Of a stretch of 64,000 bases of DNA, positions 55,985 to 64,000 are shown piece after piece. The translations under genes were made by a program, and so were the position numbers. The notes under the pieces are model-generated. The model worked only from the letters and a program-made list of their open reading frames with translations, had not been told where the DNA came from and ran no database searches. This stretch comes from Octopus vulgaris (taxonomy: Eukaryota), in assembly GCA_951406725.2 (NCBI GenBank), contig OX597816.1, positions 48,546,001-48,610,000 of the forward strand, written 5' to 3'. Every line of letters starts with the position of its first letter. The stretch's first letter is position 1.

Positions 55985-57007
55985 CAGTTTGATTCAATTC
56001 GTTGATACTCCAAGTTTCAAGCCTGATGCTAATCTTCAGACATTTTGAATTTGAATGAGAGAAGTTGATTGTTATTACTGTAAGGTGGACTGTGATTGGT
56101 CGAGGAAGGTTATGTGGTGTCTCAGTTTGATGTTAGTATATCAGCAACAACTGTTACTTGGAAATTTTTTCATGGTGAACAGGAAATTGACCATGTGGTG
56201 GACAGGAATTCAGTCAGCATGGTGGACAGGAAATTGGCTGTCTGGTTGGAGGGGAAGTATATGTAAGTGTATGATGTGTGCAAGTATATAAGTGTATATC
56301 ATCATCATCATCATCATCATCGTTTAATGTCTGTTTTCCATGCTAGCACAGGTTGGACGGTTCGACCAGGGTCTGGGAAGCCAGGAGGCTGCACCAGGCT
56401 CCAGTCTGATCTGGCAGTGTTTCTACAGCTGGATGCCCTTCTCAATGCCAACCACTCCGTGAGTGTAGTGGGTGCTTTTTACATGCCACTGGCACAGGTA
56501 CCAGGGGAGGCTGGCAATGGCCATGATCGGTTGGTTCTTTTTATGTGCCACTGGCACAGACACCAGTCAAGGCAGCGCTGGCATCGGCCACATTCGGATG
56601 GTGCTTTTTACATGCCACTGGCACGGCTATCACAACTACAATTTCCATTTAATTTTTATTTTGATGTTGATGTATCTGACTCAATAGGTTTCCTCAAGCA
56701 AAGAAGGTCACCTGCCCCCTGCTTGCACACACTGCTACTACTTGCACACACTGCCCCTACTTTCCCTCCGACCACATGACCAATTTCCTGTCCACTATGT
56801 GTTCAATTTCTGGTTCACCATGTGGTATTTTCCAAGTAACTGTTGTCGCTAATATACCAACATCAAATTGTGACACTGCATGACCTTCCTTGACCTATCG
56901 CAGCTCACCTTATGGTAATAACAAGCAACTTCTCTCATTCAAATTAAAAATGGCTGAAAATTAGCATCATACTCGAAACTTGGAGTGCCAACAAATTTGA
57001 ATCAAAC
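55985..57007. mobile_element. Fold-back element with ~270-bp inverted arms and a SINE D in the spacer
   Basis: 55985-56260 is the diverged reverse complement of 56756-57007. Confidence 0.8.
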
Positions 57008-57075
57008 ATGTAACTCCCAATATATATGTTGTGTGCCCTTCTTTCATTTGCTCACTCACTCTGTATATATATATA

Positions 57076-57107
<32 letters not shown>

Positions 57108-57211
57108 AATGTGTGTGTGCCTGTATTGTTTTTGTCTACCCTTTTCTTGACATTACAGGATGATTGTGAATGAGGATCTCTGTCATACAAGTGATGTTGT
57201 ACATCTCCAGT

Positions 57212-57610
57212 CTGGCTGTGTAGTAAGTAGCTTGCTTACCAACCACGTGGTTCTGGGTTCGGTCCCACTGCATGACACCTTGGGCAAGTGTCTTCTACTA
57301 TAGTCTCGGGCCGACCAAAGCCTTGTGAGTGGATTTGGTAGATGGAAACTGAAAGAAACCCATCGTATATATGTATATATGTGTGTGTGCGTGTATGTTT
57401 GTGTGTCTGTGTTTGTCCCACTAGCATTGCTTGACAACCGATGCTGGTGTGTTTACATCCCCGCAACTTAGCAGTTTGAGACCTATAGAATAAAGAGACT
57501 GATAGAGTAAGTACTGGGCTTACAAAGAATAAGTCCCGGGGTCGATTTTCTCGACTAGAGGTGGTGCTCCTGCATGGCTGCAGTCAAATGACTGAAACAA
57601 GTAAAAGAGT
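57212..57610 (+). mobile_element. SINE family A
   Basis: Direct similarity to 11158-11573. Confidence 0.85.
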
Positions 57611-58689
57611 TACTTGGAAACAGGTGAGGGTTGGCAACAGAAGGAGAGAGGGGGAGAGACATCCAACCATAGAAAATCTGCCTCAATAAATTCTGTCTGA
57701 CCTATGCAAGCATGGAAAAGTGAATGCTAAATGATGGAGGTGATGATGATGATGATGATAATGATGATGATGACGATAATGATGATAATGACTAGAAGAA
57801 GTAGGACTGATAAAACTATTGTCTAATTTTGCTTGATCTTTAGCGGAGAAAGATAACCCATCTTTTGTCCTCTGAGAGTTTAAAAGCTTATTACTATTGA
57901 ATAATGAATTGATAAATTTGCTGATATTAAAATGTACTATTAAATAAAAAAAGATCAATCAGTTTAGCTGAGTTCTAGCTTGTATAAACTATAAAAGCAA
58001 AGCATATGAGCATACACATGTGCTAGTATATATGCATGTGTGCGTGTGCTTATTGATATGTGTGAGTGTGTATATGCTTGTGTATATGTGTGTTTGAGTT
58101 ACTTCATCTTGACATTTGCATGTTGATTCTAAACGAAGTCTCCGTTCGCATAAAAACAGTGTCATTTGTCTGTTGCCTTTTGTTTGAATATGGTCCAACC
58201 ATTGAGCTGTCCATGTTCAAAAGACTGGAAGAAATATTACCTTGCTTCAAAACAAATGAAGGTTTGAGCATCTGGCCATAGGAAATCTGTATTAATAAGC
58301 TTTGTCTGAGGCATTCGGATATAGAAATGCAGTTGTAAAATACAATTTTGATGATAATGATCACACGCACACACACTCACACATGTGCACACTCACACCC
58401 ACACACACACACATGTGCACACTCACACACACAGTAAAAAGTGGTGGTTATAAGTTTTACCATGTAGCACCTGTCATACACACGTGGGTATTTATATCTA
58501 TATGTGTGTGTATGTGTATAAGTATATATATATATAGAAATTAAATATAAAATATAAATTACAAAGTGGGACAAGAACGCAAAAACACACAAGGAGACGA
58601 CACAAAAAAAAAACAGACGGGTCACTCGAAGCCTCTAATCTTCAGTCGGGAACCGGATCATCTTAGTAATTTCGATGTTCTCTCAGGTC

Positions 58690-59150
58690 GTCCATACAAC
58701 CCTGAGGCCAGATGTGGTTCGGTGATCTGAAAAAACAAAGGAAATTATCTTAACTGAGTTCACAGTCCCATAAGGAGAAGGGTGTGATCAAGCTCATGAA
58801 TTGAAGTGTGCCAAAAATGAGGGCCTTCTGCAAGATTATTGGGAGAAGGGATGGCAGTTATGGCTTTTCCCAGTTGAGGTTAGTTGTAGTGGGTTCCCTA
58901 CTCAGTTGGCATGGAAGATGCTTATAGCCATTGGAATGAGAGGAATGGAGTGAAGGGTGGCTGCATGTAGGATAGGAGAGGCAGCTGAAAGAGCTGCTTG
59001 TTGGCTTAGGAGCAAGATAGAGGAGTTGTGCCGGAAGCAAGAAAGAGATGAGGGGGCAGTGACTTGCCACCTCTGCTGACCCATCAATGGGAGGGTGTTA
59101 TGGTTCAGGGTCGAAGCACCCAATGAACGTTGGATATCATCTGATCACAT
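58690..59150 (+). mobile_element. HERO/NeSL-like non-LTR 3' fragment (RLE)
   Basis: LTEFTVP*GEGCDQAHELK..KGWQLWLFPVEVSCSGF..GEAAERAACWL resembles the ELTVPWEE/PVEVGCRGF motifs of HERO-type RLE elements. Confidence 0.65.
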
Positions 59151-59707
59151 CAGTTACTCCTGGGCAAAGCTCCATTCCTTTTGTGTGCGTATATATATAC
59201 ACACACATACACAAAAGGAATGTATATGCATTTTCATATAATATATGTATATCTATCTATCTATCTATATATATCTATATATATATATATATTCACTCAC
59301 AAGGCTTTGGTCAGTTCGAGGCTATAGTAGAAGACATTTGCCCAAGATGCCCCGCAGTGGGACTGAATCCGGAACCATGTAGTTCATAAGCAAGCTACTT
59401 ACCACACAGCCACTCCTGCGCCTATATATATATATATATATAGCTTTGCGTAAACCATTGGTTCGTTTTGTACTCTTACTTTATTATCATCTTATAATCA
59501 TCTCATAATAATGACTTTTATGACTCGTATTATTACCTCAGTCAATCTAAATGTATATATTTGTCACTACCTGTCATAAATAGCCTTTTTCTATTTGCAA
59601 TATGCATTTTCGTTGATTTTTCATATTTTACCCTTACATTTCCACGTGTATTTTATATTTTCTTTTCGTAACATATTTCTATTATATATATATATATATA
59701 TATGTAT

Positions 59708-59747
<40 letters not shown>

Positions 59748-60243
59748 GCATAAATGTGTAATAGTGTCTGTGTGTGTGTGTTTGGGGTTAATCTATCACC
59801 TCCCACACTGTCCAACCAATTTTAATGATTTTTGGCACAGAGGTAGATCACATGGCCCCGAAGTTCAAACAAGGTCAAAAGTTTTCGAAAACTCGATATT
59901 GCTCAGTTGGCATCAATTTTTGTGAGCTCAGTTGGGCATTTAAATCGAAATTCACATAACAATGTTATTTTTCCTGCTGCTTTTGCAGTTTTGGGTGAGT
60001 GGGAGGTAAGCCTAATGCATGAAGTAGAAATGTGATGAAGAGATGTAGTTTGGTTTGTTGGTGTAGAGAATGCGAGAAATTTTCTTGTTAAGTGTGGGTG
60101 GGAAACACAGTACTTCAAGAACTCAGTTTCACTGATGCGGTTGGGTCTTCTCAAGAATTTCATATTACCAGATATCTCAGTCCATTGTCATTTCCTCCAT
60201 GAGGCCCAACATCCTGAGATCAGTCCTTACCACTTATATATAC

Positions 60244-60293
<50 letters not shown>

Positions 60294-60380
60294 GTATATA
60301 TATGTGTGTGCGTGTGTATGTATATATATATATATGTGTGTGTGTTTATCGATATATATATATATATATATATGTATATG

Positions 60381-60944
60381 ATATTTTAAAATAGTGTACA
60401 TTTAAGCACAAAAGAAAACTACCCTTTAACAGGTAATTTTTACATGCTAAAAATAGCAGCCAACATGGCTAAAACCATGATTTAACAGCAATTTTCGAAG
60501 TAAATGAAAAATAAAAACTTTTACCTTGTTATTTTTATTAGTGGTTATACCATGATTTCGAATTTCTATAGCAAATAAGATTATTTGCCATCCTTTAATA
60601 GGTAATTTAGCAAAACATTGTTATCCACCAAGCGAATTCTCATCAGTAACCGGCCTCAATAACTAACTTATAATTCAGAGACAAGATAACACATGTCCCA
60701 TCGTTATATGTTATAATTTTTCAAAATTCCGCGCACAAGCGCATTTACAGTCGGCAGTAGAAGCAATGCCGAGCTGAATCTTCGAAAATGCTAAGAACAT
60801 ATTCATAAGATACATATATAGGGTAGCGAATATTCGTTATAAATATCACCACCAGTTGGCTAGCTTGTATAAATAGTCAATAGACAACATATTCATATTT
60901 TAAAATAGTGTACATTTAAACACAAAAGAAAACTACCCTTTAAC
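60381..60944 (-). mobile_element. Hammerhead-containing non-coding unit with terminal direct repeat (retrozyme- or Penelope pseudo-LTR-like)
   Basis: The 50-bp direct repeats 60381-60430 and 60895-60944 differ by one mismatch, giving a 514-bp period. Both flanks are (TA)n/(TG)n. It contains the hammerhead and has no ORF in the track. Confidence 0.6.
60543..60651 (-). ncRNA. Type I hammerhead ribozyme with large loop II insertion
   Basis: Minus strand reads GGTTA-CTGATGA-GAATT-(~70 nt)-AATTC-GAAA-TCATGG-TA-TAACC. Stem I is GGTTA/TAACC, stem II is GAATT/AATTC, stem III is short and near-palindromic, and the cleavage triplet is GUA. All core nucleotides are canonical. Confidence 0.72.
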
Positions 60945-60997
<53 letters not shown>

Positions 60998-61181
60998 GCG
61001 TTAGGAAGGGCATCCAGCCGTAGAAACACTGCCAGATTTGACTGGGCCTGATGAAGCCTTCTGGCTTCACAGACCCCAGTAGAACCGTCCAACCAATGCT
61101 AGCATGGAAAACGGACGCTAAACGATGATGATGATGATGATGATGTATATACATGTATATATATATGTATTTACATGTATA

Positions 61182-61216
<35 letters not shown>

Positions 61217-61319
61217 GTATATATATATATACACACACACATATATATATATATATACGTATATATATGTGTATATATATATATAAGTATATATATATAT
61301 GTATATATATAGATATATG

Positions 61320-61800
61320 CATCATCATCATTGTTTAATGTCCACTTTCCATGCTAGCATGGGTTGGACGATTTGACTGAGGACTGGCGAACCAGATGGC
61401 TGCACCAAGCTCCAGTCTGATCTGGCAGAGTTTCTACAGCTAGATGCCCTTCCTAATGCCAACCACTCCGAGAGTATAGTGAGTGCTTTTACGTGCCACT
61501 GGCATGAGGGTCAGTCAGGCGGTACTGGCAACAGCCATGCTCAAATGGTGTTTTTTATGTGCCACCTGCACAGGAGCCAGTCCAGTGGCTGTGGCAATGA
61601 CCTTGCTCAAATGTTTTTTCACATGCCACCGGCACAAGTGCCAGTAAGGTGACGCTGGTAATGATCATGCTCAAATGGTGCTTTTTATGTGCCACCAGCA
61701 TGGAAGCCAGTTAGCTGCTCATGTAACAATCATGCTTGGATGGTGCTCTTAGCGCTCCACTAGCATGGATACCAGTCATTGAATTTGATTTCAATTTTAC
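61320..61800 (-). mobile_element. SINE-like family D with (ATG)n tail and internal tandem subrepeats
   Basis: (CAT)n-gtttaatgtccactttccatgctagcatgggttggacg followed by repeated ggtgctttttatgtgccacc units. Relatives lie at 4519-4920, 5260-5570, 42290-42640, 56300-56640 and 60995-61145. Confidence 0.75.
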
Positions 61801-61929
61801 TTGCCTAAACAGGTCTTCACAAGCAGAGTTTAGTGTCCAATAAAGGAAAGGTATGCATAAGTGGGCTAGTTACACCCCTGCATAGGCTATGAGGTTATGG
61901 TCTCACTTGGCTTGCCGGGTCTTTTCAAG

Positions 61930-62801
61930 CACAGCATATTTCCAAAGGTTTCAGTTACTAGTCATTGCCCCGGTGAGGCCTAATGCTTAAAGGTCGTGCT
62001 ACACCACTTGCTAGCCCAGGTCTTCCTGGGTCTACCTCTTCCACAGGTTCCCTCAACCGCTAGGGTGTGACAATTTTTCATCCAGCTATCTTTATCCATT
62101 CTTGCAACATGACCTTACCAGTGCAGTCGTCTCTCTTGCACACTACATCTGATATGTCTTTGGTCCAACTTTTCTCTCAAGATACTTACACTCTGTCGAG
62201 TATGCACACTGACATTACACATCCATTGGAGCATACTGGCTTCATTCCTTGCAAGATTATGCATATCCTCAGCAGTCATGGCCCATGTTTCACTGCCATG
62301 TAGCATGGCTGTTCGTACACATGCGTCATACAGTCTACCTTTTACTCTGAGCGAGAGGCCCTTTGTCACCAGCAGAAGTAAGAGCTCTTTGAACTTTGCC
62401 CAGGCTATTCTTATTCTAGTAACTACACTTTCAGCACACCCTCCCCTGCTACTGTCTTGGTCCCCTAGGTAACGGAAGCTATCAACTATTTCTAGTTTTT
62501 CTCCCTGGAATGTGGCGGAAGTTGGTCTCTGCACATTTTCAGTGTTTATAGCACCTGAGCATCTGCCACATACAAAAACTATCTTCCCAGTTAACCTTAT
62601 TTTGATATTGTTGCACCTCTTATGTGTCCATAGCTTACACTGGTTACATCTTATAGAGTTTCTACCTATGCCTTTTCTACAGATCGAGCAGGGCCATCTA
62701 CCTGAAGGGATTTGTGGTTTGCCTGCCTTCCAACTTATCAGGACTTTGGTTCTTGCTCGGTTGATTCTAAGGCCCTTCGATTCTAATCCTTGTTTCCACA
62801 C
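61930..62801 (-). mobile_element. 5'-truncated RTE-clade LINE (RT C-terminus with Cys/His-rich finger insertion)
   Basis: ORF 62115-62801 contains LESKGLRINRARTKVL, CSIC..C..CKLWTHKRC..C..C, VDSFRYLG, RIRIAWAKFKEL and CVRTAMLHGSETW. Confidence 0.92.
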
Positions 62802-63319
62802 CTGTATACGTATATATATATTTATACATATGTATACATATTTATGCGTATATATGTATATATGTGTGTGTGTGTGTGTGTGTGTCTGTGTCCACCACAG
62901 CTTGACAACTAGTGATGGTTTGTTTACATCTACATAACCAAGTGGTTCAGCATAAACAACTGATAGAATGAGTATCAGGCTTGAAAGAGAATAGGTACTG
63001 GTGATTTGATTTGGTCAACTAAAACCCTTCAAGGCATTGCCCCTGCATGGCCATAATCCAATGACTGAAACACATAAAAGATAAAGGATAAAACACACAC
63101 ACACACACACATACACATATACCACACATCTCAGAAAAGTACATATATGAGGCTAAGAGGGATAAACAGAAAGAAGGCAACGGGCATCTTTCTCTCTTTT
63201 AGCATTGTTTTGTCTCATCTTTAGTTGAGCAGTCTCATTCATTTGCACTCATAGTAGTAGATTGTCATGAGTGCTCTCCCTTGAATTTTATTCTTTCTTT
63301 TCATTACCATCTTAGCTGG

Positions 63320-63513
63320 AACTGGCTCTGGTTACAAATATCTTGTTTTCATAAGTTTTGAATTAAAATCTTCCACCAAACCTTAGTCACAATTTATATT
63401 CCGAACACTAGTTGAATGATAACTAAGTTATTTTACTAAATTCTTTGTTATATTTAAAGTAATTGAAAGAAACACAGAGCATCTCAAAATAAATACAGTA
63501 ATGAAAGGATTAA
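63320..63513 (-). mobile_element. Partial reverse copy of the 40567-40788 MITE
   Basis: Clear reverse-complement similarity (aaatcttccaccaaacc...aaacacagagcatctcaaaataaat). Confidence 0.75.
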
Positions 63514-64000
63514 ACGTCATCGCTAGGTTTCTATTTCTTTAAATTATGTCTTCTTACATGAGGTTATTTGTTTTGTTAGATAAAGACATATTCAGTTAAA
63601 CCAGTTATCCATCATACATATTGTATATACCCTAGAGGAGTAGTGAAGGTGCATGGCTCAGTGGTTAAAGCGTTGAGCTGACAATCATGAATTTGATTTC
63701 TGATCAGGCTGTGTGTTGTGTGCTTGAGCAAGACACTTTATATCACGTCGCTCCAGTTCACTCATCTGTAGAAATGAGTTGCAATGTCACTGGTACCAAG
63801 CTGTATTGGTGTTTGCCTTTCCCTTTGATAACATCGGTGGAATGGAAAGAGGAAGCTGGTATGCATGGGCAGTTGTTGGTCTTCTATAAACAACCTTGCC
63901 TAGACTTGTGCCTCGAGAGTAACTTTCTAAGTGCAATCCATGGTCATTCATGACTAAAGGGGGGACTTTACTACTTCATTCCTTACTATATATATATATA

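Noticed and set aside
59085-59150. Possible ribozyme in the HERO-like 3' UTR (gggtgt...cgaagcaccc...ctgatca)
   Set aside because: The core motifs are mutated and in an order that does not give a hammerhead fold.

Overview
AT-rich, repeat-dense eukaryotic genomic DNA. The tRNA-headed SINE families, RTE LINE remnants, (TA)n/(CA)n/(TAA)n/(CAT)n microsatellites and decayed C2H2 fingers most resemble an Octopus (coleoid cephalopod) genome; this assignment is inference. Nearly all ORFs in the track are microsatellite artefacts. One convincing host exon is present: an 83-nt + strand exon (27234-27316) encoding the RNP1-containing half of RRM2 of a DAZAP1/Hrb27C (Musashi-related) RNA-binding protein. 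I found no neighbouring canonical exons by eye, so most of the window is probably two very long introns. The rest comprises SINEs, MITEs, an internally deleted mariner, RTE, R4/Dong-like and HERO-like non-LTR fragments, several fold-back elements and a decayed C2H2 zinc-finger array. The most notable item is a 514-bp non-coding unit with a 50-bp terminal direct repeat, embedded in microsatellite, that carries a full-consensus type I hammerhead ribozyme with a greatly enlarged loop II (retrozyme- or Penelope-like). Most repeat boundaries are approximate because they were read by eye.
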